64,000 bases of DNA from Octopus sinensis (GCF_006345805.1 NC_043005.1:36208001-36272000); one strand, 5' to 3'; positions 1 to 12,591 are shown, counted from the first letter of the stretch. Notes: a model not told the origin generated them from the sequence alone. Numbers and translations: made by a program.

Positions 1-284
1 AAGAATTTTATTGATAAATTCGAACCCAAGCTAAATAAGCAATAATAATAATAATACTTAGATAGCAGGAAAATTATCTTATTTAGGGTTAAAAGTTCTA
101 TTGCCACCACCATCACCACTAGCAACAATAATTAAGGTGCTGACAATGATGATGATGACAATTGAAATATAAAAATATAAAAATCTCTGACAAAGGCTAT
201 TTACAACATTTCTAAAAATAGCCCAACAATTAACTGCTTCGGCCAGGGTCAAGATACAGGACTCTTGACATGTCCAACAAAGCG

Positions 285-434
285 TGACGCCTAAACCATC
301 AGCTCAACCACCAATCAGCTAAAGTAATTGAGTGATACTACACACTGATTGGTCAGAATACAGTTTGCAAAATCTAGCATCTGGAGCCTACACAGCTGTA
401 TTTAAAGCACAGATTCAATCATCTCGCTGCAGTC
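285..434 (+). promoter_or_regulatory. Candidate Pol II core promoter
   Basis: TGACGC (285-290), CCAATCAG (311-318), CTGATTGG (345-352), TATTTAAA (399-406) and Inr-like GCAGTC (429-434, A431 32 nt after the TATA T). Spacing is coherent; no transcript evidence. Confidence 0.35.
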
Positions 435-636
435 AAAAATTGTGAAGCATGACTGTCACCATTACTACATGAAGCTGAAGATTGCAGAATTTAATGCATG
501 AAAGTACTAGTTCAATCAGAATGAACATTTAACATTCTATTATTTTATTTTATTTTATTATATTATATTATATTATATCATTATAAGATTGTAAATAAAA
601 CGTGAAAATCAGACAAGGTTGGAATTCCTTTTATTA

Positions 637-682
<46 letters not shown>

Positions 683-683
683 A

Positions 684-905
684 AGTTAATCCAAACAAGA
701 AAGCACAAAAAACACAACAACGCGAGGACGTAGAACAAATATAGTATTATTGGACGCTCAGGAAAGAAGGAAAGAAGGAGGGTGTAACGTTTCGAGCGGA
801 GCTCTTCGTCGGATACATAGGAGAAGGAAAGATCCAGAGAAAGGAAGACAGAGGAAAAAAATAGACACGGTACACTCGAGGTCACATTTTGAAAGACCAG
901 AAGGA
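684..905 (-). mobile_element. Penelope-like terminal repeat fragment with degenerate hammerhead-like motif
   Basis: Minus strand reads CCGACGA-A-GAGC-TCC-GCTC-GAAACGTT at about 785-812. Flanked by (TA)n. A more decayed, oppositely oriented relative lies at about 1030-1215. Confidence 0.5.
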
Positions 906-1365
906 AGAGGTATATATATATATAATATATATATATATATATACTATATAAGCATATGTATACATCTTATACACACGCGTATATATATATACATATATAT
1001 ATGCGTGTGTGTGTGTATATATATATATTCAACAATAAATAAAAACACGTGGGCCGTTGGCGATTTCTTCGTTTCCTTCTTTGGACGTTTCCTTTTCTCC
1101 TTTCCAACTAAGAACTATGCTCAAAACAATAAACTCTCTCCTTTCACCGAGCGTCTAGCTAATACACACCTTGTGAAAGTTCTCATTTTCGTAGTTTTTA
1201 ATTCGTTTATTTGAATTGTTTGTTTATTGAATATATATATGTACACATATAACATATGGGATAATCATAAACAGAGCAAATTCTAGCCATTTCCCAGCAG
1301 ACTGCAAAAAAAAAAAAGTGATAAGCAGCCTTAATGGATTTTTGAACCTCATTAGGTTTTCATAG

Positions 1366-1524
1366 AGAAGTCTATATTATTCTGACAGCCTCCAGAGAAA
1401 CGAAGCAGCCAAACTGTTTATATAATCAACAAATGCATCAGTTACTCGATGAAGGAGTCCTTAATTTGCATACCGAAAGTACCAGCGGGCTGTCAACGGA
1501 GATCTTAGTCCACACAACATCAAG
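1366..1524 (+). CDS. Candidate exon of an unidentified gene
   Basis: Acceptor ggttttcatag (alternative at 1388) and donor AAG|GTATGA. One frame is open throughout: EVYIILTASRETKQPNCLYNQQMHQLLDEGVLNLHTESTSGLSTEILVHTTS, with an ATG at 1433. Ends in phase 2. No homology recognised. Confidence 0.3.
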
Positions 1525-1624
1525 GTATGATATAATATATATGTAACATACGGTATAATTATAAACAGGGCAAATTTTAGCCATTTCTCCGCAGACACAC
1601 AGACATTTGTATGTATAGGCTCAA

Positions 1625-1905
1625 ATGTGGTTGTGTTATAAAAAACTTCCTTCGCTACCACATGGTTCTGGGTTCAGTTCCACTGCATGGAAACTTAGGA
1701 AAGTGCCTTGTACTATAGGCTCTGGTCGAACCCCCCCAAATCACTTGACAACCGATGTTGGTGTGTTTCGTCCCCCGTAACTTAGCAGTTCGGCAAAAGA
1801 GTACGATAGAATAAGTACTATGCTTACTGGGGGCGATTTGTTCGACTAAAGGCGTTGCTCCAGCATGGCTACAGTCAAATGACTGAAACAAGTAAAAGAA
1901 TATAA
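1625..1905 (+). mobile_element. SINE family A, internally deleted copy
   Basis: Head (catggttctgggttcagttccactgc) joined directly to the 3' half (cttgacaaccgatg...gactgaaacaagtaaaaga), without the central microsatellite seen in other copies. Confidence 0.8.
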
Positions 1906-2109
1906 GAACAAAAGAATCGCGACACTCCACTTGTAACCTCTTGTCGGATATGTTGTCAGTGGATACTTGCACGTTGGCAGAGGGAATTATTTGTATCGCC
2001 AATGTGATTTTCTTTGCAGTTTGGGCAGGTATCGCAGTATATAGGGTTTTGCATTTTGCAGTTCATTCTGCAAAATTGAACGTTTGAAAGAAAAATGGAA
2101 ACAGTACAT

Positions 2110-2401
2110 TTTGTATTCTAAAATAACCCAAAGAAGAGAAAAAGAAAGATGGAAAAAAGAAGGAAAGAGGAGAAAAAGAGGGAAATAAAAAAGGAAAGGT
2201 AAAAGAAAGAACGGAAGAAAGGGAAACAGGGAGATAGAAAGCAAGAAGACTTTCAGTGATGACCACACCGCACCTGTTCTTTTTCTTAAAAACGTCACCA
2301 TCCTTAAACCCATTTTAATACAATGGTAAATGACTTAATGAATGAATGGTGAATAGGAAAGGGGATCTTCTTTCCTCCCTCTTTCTTCCACTCTCTCTCC
2401 C

Positions 2402-2437
<36 letters not shown>

Positions 2438-2452
2438 CTATCTATCTATCTA

Positions 2453-2485
<33 letters not shown>

Positions 2486-2518
2486 ATATCTATTTTTTCT
2501 TCTTTCTATCTTTCTTTC

Positions 2519-2553
<35 letters not shown>

Positions 2554-2580
2554 TTTCTTTTTCTTTCTTTCTTTCTTTCT

Positions 2581-2627
<47 letters not shown>

Positions 2628-2869
2628 CAATTGTCATAGAACCTCACCCTAAAAAAACAAAAAAAAAAATGTTCTCTTTTAAACAAAACCCACCAAAAAC
2701 ATGTTTTATATAAAAGAACAAGCTGTTTGTACATTCACAAAATTCTATTTGACAAGTTCGAGAAACGAACGAAAGCTCTATTAATAATAATGAAGAAATA
2801 AAAAGATTTTTTCCAAAATTCTGGCGAACTTTTTTCTCAATATTCAATATCTGTACACCACACCTAACA

Positions 2870-2938
<69 letters not shown>

Positions 2939-2952
2939 TATATATATATATA
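2110..2952. repeat. Purine-rich tract plus (ATCT)n, (TTCT)n, (CA)n and (TA)n microsatellites
   Basis: Directly visible simple repeats at 2110-2230, 2395-2630 and 2870-2952. Confidence 0.95.
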
Positions 2953-3133
2953 GGCGCAGGACTGGCTGTGTGGTAAGTAGCTTGCTTACAAACTACATGG
3001 TTCCGGGTTCAGTCCCACTGCGTGGCACCTTGGGCAAGTGTCCTCTACTATAGCCTCGGGCCGACCAAAGCCTTGTGAGTGGATTTGGTAGACGGAAACT
3101 GAAAGAAGCCCGTCGTATATATGTATATATATG

Positions 3134-3170
<37 letters not shown>

Positions 3171-3632
3171 TTGTGTGTGTTTGTGTAGTTGTGTTTGTTC
3201 CCCCCCTCCAACATCGCTTGACAACCGATGCTGGTGTGTTTACGTCCCCGTAACTTAGCGGTTCGGCAAAAAGAGACCGATAGAATAAGTACTGGGCTTA
3301 CAAAAGAATAAGTCCCGGGGTCGAGCTGCTCGATTAAAGGCGGTGCTCCAGCATGGCCGCAGTCAAATGACTGAAACAAGTAAAAGAGTAAGAGCATATA
3401 TATATATATATATGTGTGTGTGTTTGTGTGTCTATGTTTGTCCCCCCCCCCAACATCGCTTGACAACCGATGCTGGTGTGTTTACGTCCCCGTAACTTAG
3501 CGGTTCGGCAAGGCGACGGATAGAATAAGTACTAGGCTTACAAAGAATAAGTCCTAGGGTCGATTTGCTCGACTAAAGGCGGTGCCCCAGCATGGCCGCT
3601 GTCAAATGACTGAAACAAGTAAAAGAGTAAAA
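2953..3632 (+). mobile_element. SINE family A, full copy with tandemly duplicated 3' half
   Basis: tRNA-like head ggcgcaggactggctgtgtggtaag...ggttcagtcccac, internal (TA)n(TG)n, 3' tail ...ccagcatggccgcagtcaaatgactgaaac(aagtaaaagag)n. The microsatellite plus 3' half repeats at about 3396-3632. Confidence 0.9.
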
Positions 3633-3972
3633 GAATAATGACTGCTAAGTTTCACTCGTATCATACAATTCTACAAATCATGAAAATGAAGAATATATAA
3701 GTGTTTTAAACAGTAACAAAACAACACACAAGGCCATATGCATCTGTTCATGTAAAGTCAGACGTACAGGTTAGAATATTTCCAGTTTCATAAACTCCAA
3801 AGCATTGTTTCCTCTGGATTGAGTAGTTGAAAAACTTTACGCAGACATTTTAATTGACAGATTATTCTAGAAAAATAAATTCGTTCAAATCTTAACTACA
3901 AAATCCTCCATCTTTAATGTGGCGACCTTATCTCTTTAACACTCTCGAATATTCTCTCTCCCAACATACCTG

Positions 3973-4015
<43 letters not shown>

Positions 4016-5243
4016 GTTCCGTCGCCATTTATTCGCTATAAGTTTGCTATCTTTAAAGCTATTAAACAGCTTGTGTCAATAACATCGCCCCCATTATAAA
4101 GTCTTTATTCCCCATCTTCGATGTCTGTTGCTTGCTTGTCTGTCTATCTGTTTGTCTGTCTTTTTATCTCTCTATATCTTTGCCTTCCTATCCTTCTGTC
4201 TGTCTGTTTGACTGTCTCTCTCCCTCCCTTGTCTCTCTGTCTCTCTGTCTCTCTCTCGTCCTTCGTCTTTCTCCTGTCTCCTTCCGTCTTTCTCTCTTCT
4301 CAGCCATTTGCGCTAAGCTTCACCTTCACCTAGATCTTTCTGTCTGTCTGTCTGTCTGTTTTCCTTTCTGTCTTCCTCTCTCTCTCAACTCTGTATCTAG
4401 CTCTGTCTCATGCGGTCTTTTCTGTCTTCATAGTCACATGCGCTAAGCTTGCCCTCAACTAGATATTCACCTCGCTTTACTTCACTATAGTTTCATAACA
4501 ACGTACCACCACTGCATAGACACACACACATACATACACGCACGTACATTAATGCTGGCTAGCGTGTTCAGAAGGGAATCACCCGTATTATTCTCTGTGT
4601 TTAAACACGGAATCACTACGACTAATCCCCACTCTGTTATAATCTTTCCGAGACAATGATGTTACTTCTAATAAATTTTCTGAAACCACGCCGCTTCCTT
4701 CACCAAACCACACCGTTTCCTCCACCAAATTAAACGTCTTCATTTCTGATCACACACAACTCTGTATTCACCCACTCTTCTCTTACTTGCCAATATTCCT
4801 TCACTGAAACTAGCTATACTTAAGACAAAATGTATTTGACGATTTTCCTACATCTTAGTGGTTTCTGTTGCCATCATCATAACTCTATTTAATTTCAAAT
4901 TTTCTCACGCCCCTTCTAACGTGTGTGTTTGTTATTATATTAGAGTATGAAAGCAGGAATGTATATGTACATACATATACATACTTCTTAAATGTATGCG
5001 TGTATACATATATGCATACAAACATGTATAGAAACATATATACACACCTACATATCAGTGCATGCTTGTGTATATGTATGTATATATACAATATATATGT
5101 AACATATATATACATATAACGTGTACATATACATATGAATATATGCATATATGTATATATATATATATATATATAAGCATTTATATGAATAAGTACATGT
5201 ATATATATATATATATGTGTCTGTGTGTGTGTATGCATACATA

Positions 5244-5316
<73 letters not shown>

Positions 5317-8300
5317 TCACATATATATGCATGTATATATACACACACGAGTATATATATGCAATCAATTTATATGATTTAACGTACTTAGATATGTGCA
5401 CACACAATCGCAACCACATCCAATCAGAATCAGAAACACACCCACACCACACACATCTCTATACACACCCACACATATCTCTATACGTGGACATCTCTGT
5501 CCTGTGCATCCTAATTGTTTGGTATTTTATGTATGTGTGTGAATACATACTAATATTAATTTTCAATTATTAGCTGTAAATTTCTAAGTTGCTGGAGAAT
5601 TAAGCAGTTGGTGTGTGTTAATAACGTTCCTTTTAAAAATTACAAGATAATATTTATTCGTCCATTTGTATTAGAACGCCGTCGAAGGAGATTTAGAGAA
5701 TAATCTGAAATTCTAAGAGAACGTTTCTAATAAATTCATTTAGTATTGTCGTCTTTAAATTGACACAAGTCTTTTCTTCAAGTCTTCTTCTCTGTTATTC
5801 ATATAAAGTTTCCATTAAACCTCTGCGATATGATTAGTCCGAGGTTGACAGATCTCTGCCAATTGAGTTAATCAGTTATCGTGTAGAAAGTAAGAAACAG
5901 TGGATAACAACATAATTGGTTGTGGAGTGTGATTGAATGTGTGCTTGAGAGCATGTGTGTGTAAGAGTTAGTGTGTGGGTGTGTGTGCACGGGTGTGTGT
6001 TTTAGTGAGATGAGGTCAGCTAAGATGGTGGAAGTCGATATGTGGTGTATAACGTTTGTAGGCGCTTTGTAATCAAATCGATTAGAAATTCACTTAGCAA
6101 TCATGAAATCTCGGTTTCGATTCCGTTGCATGAAATATAGGGCAAGTGTAATTTTCAAATAGTTTCTGTTGGAGGCATTCTTTATGAGTAACATTAGGTA
6201 GACAGGTAGAATGTAGGCGTAATTTAAAGGCCCACACTGATCACACTCTGTAGCGCCTGAGAGTTACATTGAAGATTCATGCGTCTGTGGAATATTCAAC
6301 CACTTATATGCCTAGTTGTTCAATTAATTGAATAACTGAATATTTATGGTCGGAAAGTCTGAATGAAATCAATTTATAGTGCAGAGTGGCTTAATGTAGA
6401 GGCAAACAGTCCATGTGTTCATGCGTGGCAAAGTATCTGGTATTGTATCGTATAATGTAGAGAAAGTCTATCTGTTCCTGGATAGTATCTTTATTTCGTG
6501 TAGTGCCGTATAAGATACAATCGGCTGATATAGAAAGTGTTGTTGTTTAACTCCAAAATCTATTAAAACGCAATACAGTCTTGTTCTGGCTATTGTTGTG
6601 TTGTGGAGCAGAGAACTAAGAACTTCTGGGTGTAGGGATATCATTGATTGTAATATTGTAAGGTATTATGTGATGTAGAGCATACTTATGTGTTGTTATT
6701 GCTATTTATTTATCCCTAGTTCAATCTTAATTCATCAGATATATGATCAAAGACACTCAATCCATGAACATTTCATTTTGTTAAATTTCTCTTAGACCAT
6801 ATTATCCAATAGGGTTATTCTCGAAGGCGTTGCGGTATGTTCCGTAGGAGTTTGGTTGCTACTTTGCTACTTTTAGCAGAATGAGTGACTCCGTGGATGC
6901 TTCCTAGTTGGCTCCAGTTATGTTGGCTTCAGTTATATAAAGTAGTCACGAGTAAAACAATATAATAGTCAGCGACACAGAATAGAGTCGAAGAGCGTGG
7001 TGTTTTGTGAAAGTGTTTAATATGATGCATGGTATGGCGTAGAGTCAAAGTCACTGAGAGTGACGTTCTGCTTCAAGACTAGAACCAAAAGCGGAAACAT
7101 TTGTGGGAATTCAAAGGGACAAGCGTCTTCCAACCGTGAACTTTTAGTATTATTTTGCAATAGTATTTTTTTGAAATCGTTTATCGTTTTTCTTGCAACG
7201 ATCTTATATTTTTGCAATATTTTCAGCTAGAAATGAAACGTTAAGTCCCAAGTATTCTATATGCTTAAAGAAGTTCCACTGTTGCCAAAATTCCTCGTTG
7301 ATCTCTCAAGAAGCAAATTTTCTTCCCACCCCTAATTTACTACCTCCATTATCCTCAATGTATACATTTCGTAAATTATCAGTTACACTCATGATTCCTT
7401 TGTAAGACACCACTTCAAATACAACATCACTTTCTTATTCCTGCAATCCACACTAGGATAAATTACAGTTCTTGAGTGCTATATTGTTTACGCATTCAGG
7501 TAAACATGTCAAAAATCACTTTCCATTTCTCTAAACCCAGGCCTCTGCAGATAACTCATTTGAGTTGTGCCATGCTGCTGATTTCAAATAAGGATGAAAT
7601 GGTGATATACATAGCTACCTACGATTACAAGTTTTAAGGTCTTTTTAATGTGTAAGGAAAATATTAGATATATTAAATGTGTATATTCTATGCATCTTTT
7701 TCCTTATTCTTCGATTTAAATTTCAAACTTCCAATCCCACCTGGACTGGTCTAAAAGTGATTATCTCCCTTACGATAACCAGTCACCAGGGCACGTCACG
7801 TGATTAAAAGAACTGTTTTTTCCTGGAATAAGCACAAGTAATAGTCTAGTCTTATATTAGCCATTTGATGTATTGACATTGGGAATAGACAGAACTTTCT
7901 GTTCGGCCAATCATGAGGAACATTTTTTGTTGTGATAGAGTGTGACTTTGTGAATCATATATTCTCTGTATATTTCGGTTGTGATATCTGACGGAAAATT
8001 GTCCGTAACATCCCCACTCCAAATATATTTTAGGCTTGTTTACTCTTCAATACTGGCTTTTGTGAATTTTATGGGGTATCTCGACGCATGTTTCTAACTG
8101 TGTCGATGTGTTTTTTTTTTTTTTTGGTTGGGGGAACTAAGTGACATTTCGTATTGATCATTTGTGTCAAGCCCACCGTCTTGATCATAATCTCCAGAGA
8201 TGTTGGTACCACATGGACCTGCTGAGACAGGCCTTTATAATGGATCTGTTTTCCGTTGGTTATGCAGAAAGTCAAGCTAAGCTTATGTCCGACAACATCT

Positions 8301-8400
8301 GATCGCCTCTTTCTTCCTTTTCTCTCCAAGCCCTTTTTCACGACCTTCTTTTTAGTCGTCGGATCTGTGCCGACAAAATGACTTGACAGCATCTTTGGAA

Positions 8401-8590
8401 GGAGTGGTTGTGTGGCTAAGAGAGCATAACTGTGTGGTTAAGAAGCTCGCTTTGCAGCCATGTGGTTTTGGGTTCAGTCCCATTGCGTGATACAATGGAT
8501 GTCTTCAGCTACAACTCTGAGCCGATCAATACCTTGTGGATGAATTTGGAAGACGGAAATTGCATGGACATGGAATCCCATCATATGTGT

Positions 8591-8644
<54 letters not shown>

Positions 8645-8885
8645 CTTTCTGTATGTCTTTTTGTGTGTATTTCTACTTCCAAACTGCTTGGCAGCGGTGC
8701 TGGCTTGTTTACTTCCTCGTAACTTAGCGGTTAGGTAAAAAAAAAATTCCACTCGATTAAGTGTCAGAGTTTTGAAAAATAAATGAAGAATAGGTACTGG
8801 GGTGGACTTATTCGACTGAAATCCTTCAAAGCGGTGCCCCAGCTCGGTCGCAGTCCAATGACAGAAGAATGTAAAAGATAAAATA
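8401..8885 (+). mobile_element. SINE family A, diverged copy
   Basis: Head, (TG)n tract and tail align by eye to the 2953 copy. Confidence 0.8.
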
Positions 8886-9213
8886 TAAACATCTATGACC
8901 ATGTAAGAAAACATAACGCAAATAGAATAAAAATGAGTATTTATAGCACTTCCAGTGTGTTAGGATAGAGTGAAAATAATCTTGACTCCTATTATGGATA
9001 TAAAATATTAAAATAATTTAATATTTCATCATTAAATAAAGTATAAATCAATATGAAGTATTTTCATGAATATTTGTAAAGAAACCTGATGATCATTGTT
9101 AAAATATTGAAGTAATATTTCATTGTAATTCTAGCTAATATTTGGTAAAAGATACTTCTTTAGAGTGTGTACAAAAGAATACGTTTTTGCTAGAATTATT
9201 TCTTTATTAACAG

Positions 9214-9304
9214 CTCTGTTGTATGGTATCCAGTCATTATTTTTTTCCACCTATTATGCTTGGGCGTAGTGTCCTCTGGCACCTCCTCCAGAAATCCCAC
9301 GCAG
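9214..9304 (+). CDS. Candidate 91-nt exon encoding a hydrophobic, signal/TM-like segment
   Basis: Acceptor ttatttctttattaacag and consensus donor CAG|GTAAGT. The frame 1 nt + SVVWYPVIIFFHLLCLGVVSSGTSSRNPTQ is phase-compatible with the 1524 donor. A second frame (LCCMVSSHYFF...) is also open. Confidence 0.4.
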
Positions 9305-9724
9305 GTAAGTATTTCAGCCTTTAATTTCTTATTCTTACACTCTAAGGGGGTTGGACTGCGTCCCCTTCCGCTGACACTTTTTGGCCACTTGGATATCAGA
9401 GACTTGAGCATTTAAACCGTTTGTGACATTCGCGTCTTCCGCTAGAGAATTTACGATGCAAATGAAGGGAATTATTTTGTTTTGTATTTAGTTTGCATGA
9501 TTCTTCATGTAAAATTGTGAGTCGAAACAGACTGTGTTGTATCTTGGTAGGGTCAAAATGCCGATAATGAACATATTCTCTAGTTTTATATCATTTTATT
9601 ACTACTAGCCAACTAGTTAATCATTTAACTAGTTAACTAATAAATTCTTTGATTAATTGTCCAGTCAATCAATCAAATAATTGATTAGTTAATTTGTTAA
9701 CAATCTATCCATCGATCTTCTCTG

Positions 9725-9970
9725 TTCAATATTCCTGGAAAGTTCATGGGGGCAAGGTCCTCATGTCCGTCCGCCATAGACACCTATAAGTAGTACCCAC
9801 CATTACAGTTACCGACTTGATTCCCCGATTCACAAGCGTGACTAACTGAGACTATGGATATTATCCAACCGTCTCGTTCTTGGTCTCCCTGAAAGTCTCC
9901 TGCCAGTTGGCACGGCTTCAATAAACTGTGTTACGATTCTTACCCGGGACATTCTAATCACACACCAGTT
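9725..9970 (-). mobile_element. RTE-type LINE 3' end remnant
   Basis: Minus-strand translation VIRMSRVRIVTQFIEAVPTGRRLSGRPRTRRLDNIH...LWRTDMRTLPP resembles the RTE ORF C-terminus (GRRxxGRPRxRW). Contains stops. Confidence 0.7.
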
Positions 9971-10829
9971 TCCTTTATTGTTGTGAAGTAAGAAAAAAAA
10001 AACTATATTTTCATATTTTCTTATTTTGATTTTAGATATTATATTTTTGCCTACATATTTTAATTAAAACATTTCTACTTTATCTCAGTTTGATCGACAT
10101 TTATCAATTATTAATGATTTAAACGAATTATTAATAAAAAAGATGAAAATTAGTAATTTAAGAAATTCAGTAAGGTTAGGCTAATTCAACCATAAGGTGT
10201 TGTTGTTTTAGTTGCACTTAATTAAAATTAAAACTTTAATTAAAAAAATAATATAGATGTCGTTGATAAGATACCAAGACTAAGATATTAATAAGTGATA
10301 ATGAAATGCAGAATTATTTTAACAAAATACAATTCATTCTCTTCATATGAAGATGTAAAGTACAACCTAAATGCTTAGTCTGATACGAATGTTATGCTAG
10401 GAATAAGCGGCTAAACTTAAACCACTAGGCTAATCGAAAATTGACTTTTAAGCAGTGTAAACTATTTCAGCATTAAAAGAAAACTACTTTGTTACTAATG
10501 AAATAACCGAATATAGATCTAATTAAGCACAATTACTTACGTTCAGTAGCATTGGAGATTTAACAACACAAATGTAGTGATTGGAGTCTGGTGCATGGTA
10601 TCCCGGTAAAGCGGTTTCAGATAGCTCTAGCTCCTTTTCAATTTACCATATCGTAAAATTATGTAAGGATTACTGGGAGGTCACTTAGCGGTAGTTTGGG
10701 CATTGGATCAGCTAAGTCGCATGAGTAGTTCTTCGTTAGTCTTAGGAATATTTACATTATGCTACTCTTGAGTTACGAAAACTACATACATACATACATA
10801 CATACATACATACATAATACATACATATA

Positions 10830-11565
10830 TATATTCCATTTTTTGACAAAACCTTGCTTGCTCGAAAATATAATTCTCCTCTTTATTTTGCAAGTAAATA
10901 GCAAACTGATTCGACAACAGAAAGTCATGGAACAACAGAATCGATCCGCCATTGTAGTTTTGGCGCGCACCGGACACACTAGCAATAAAATTGTTAAGTT
11001 GACGAAACTTCCAAAGGCAACAGTTTATCGTGTGTATAAGCAATTTAAAGAAGAGGGGAAGATTGATAGAAAAGAACATAAGGCGGCGAGCTGGCAGAAT
11101 CGTTAGCACGTCGGGCGAAATGCTTTGTGGTATTTCGTTCGCCGCTGCGTTCTGAGTTCAAATTATGCCGAGGTCGACTTTGCCTTTCATCATTTCGGAG
11201 TCGATAAATTAAGTACCAGTTACGCACTGGGGTCGATGCAATCGACTTAATCCGTTTGTCTGTCCTTGTTTGTCCCCTCTATGTTTAGCCCCTTGTGGGC
11301 AGTAAAGAAATAAGAAAAGAATACAAGATTCGAAGTGATTCCAAGCGCAATCCAAAGTTTCTTGCTGATTTCAAACGTTCAATTGAAGCCACCCCATCCG
11401 CATCCATGAGAACTCTTGCAAAGAAACGCAATGTGTCCCTTTCCACGGTGTTCAGAGCTGTGAACAGGAGTCTTGGTATGAATAGCTATTTACGACGAGA
11501 GCATCACCTCCTAACGGCCAAGGCCAAAGCAACCAGAGCCAAGAGATGCCCAAAGCTGTCATTCA
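10830..11565 (+). mobile_element. Tc1/mariner (maT/DD37D-like) transposase N-terminal remnant, split by a SINE
   Basis: ATG 10927 MEQQNRSAIVVLARTGHTSNKIVKLTKLPKATVYRVYKQFKEEGKIDRKEHK resumes after the SINE as IRSDSKRNPKFLADFKRSIEATPSASMRTLAKKRNVSLSTVFRAV (paired HTH). The catalytic domain is missing. Confidence 0.8.
11082..11312 (+). mobile_element. SINE family B (MetaSINE-like)
   Basis: Head ggcggcgagctggcagaa...gagttcaaatt, central gcctttcatc...ggagtcgataaattaagtaccag resembling the Meta domain. Imperfect 15-bp TSD agaaaagaacataag / agaaaagaatacaag. Confidence 0.85.
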
Positions 11566-11648
11566 TCAATATATGTATATATATATATATATATACATAT
11601 ATAAATACGTACATACATATATATATGTACGTATATATATATATATGT

Positions 11649-11680
<32 letters not shown>

Positions 11681-11693
11681 ACACATATATATA

Positions 11694-12372
11694 CAGAGTA
11701 CGGTGAATAAACTGTCATCTAAATTACGCAAAAATGAAAATAACACTAACGTCTCATTTAACAGATATATTTACCAAATGTACACGAAAGTATCTTGAAC
11801 TAATATAAGGGGTTGCAGTCTGGGGAGTTAGGAGGCTTGATGTTAGGGGTGATGTAGTTCCAGAAATTGTTTGACAGCTATGACTGGGTTCTCCTCCTTG
11901 TGTGGCATGGTGCAGAGTCCTGTTGCCAGACTCAGGGTTTCCAGCAGCCACCCTCATGACACAGGGAAGTATTAGCTCCTTCAGGCACTTGATGTAGGGC
12001 TCCGTGTTGAGTTTGAGGCCGTGTGGGGAGATGAAGGGAGGCATAACGTTGCCGTCTCTAGTGATCACTCCAAACACCATGATGTTGGCTGGATGTTTGA
12101 TTTTTATCAGTCTCGGTACATGTCATCAGATTGCACTGTTCTCAGATTGATACCCACGCACTCTGAAATACTCGTATTGGAGCTTCCGGTACAAATGCCA
12201 GACAGTATAGCATGTCATTTCCAAATTCCTGGCAGAGTGAATTGCGTGATGGTGCTGTTTTCCTCACAGACAGTGCTCAACTAACCCTACTATACTGTGT
12301 AGTCGACAAAATGAAAAACAAACTGCGCGAAATAAAAAGTATACAATGGCGACAATTTACATATTGCATGCA

Positions 12373-12373
<1 letters not shown>
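11694..12373 (-). mobile_element. Internally deleted maT/DD37D-like transposon
   Basis: Minus strand MVFGVITRDGNVMPPFISPHGLKLNTEPYIKCLKELIL plus frameshifted catalytic-region remnants. Both ends abut TA tracts; termini are only weakly complementary. Confidence 0.75.
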
Positions 12374-12374
<1 letters not shown>

Positions 12375-12446
<72 letters not shown>

Positions 12447-12520
12447 ACATATATATATATATACATGTGTGTGTGTGTCTATACATACATACATACATAC
12501 ATACATATACATATACATAT

Positions 12521-12565
<45 letters not shown>

Positions 12566-12591
12566 GGTATATATATATGTATATATATATG

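Noticed and set aside
2953-3030. tRNA-like sequences at SINE heads (also 25219, 32940, 36620, 51071)
   Set aside because: A/B boxes are present but there is no complete cloverleaf or acceptor stem, and each continues into a SINE body.
7541-7640. Strong acceptor actttccatttctctaaacccag
   Set aside because: Two frames stop quickly and the third has only a weak donor (ATG|GTGATA); cannot be supported as an exon.
9196-9411. Minus-strand 71-aa ORF overlapping the plus exon candidate
   Set aside because: Possible acceptor but only a weak donor; the plus-strand splice signals are much stronger. Not fully excluded.
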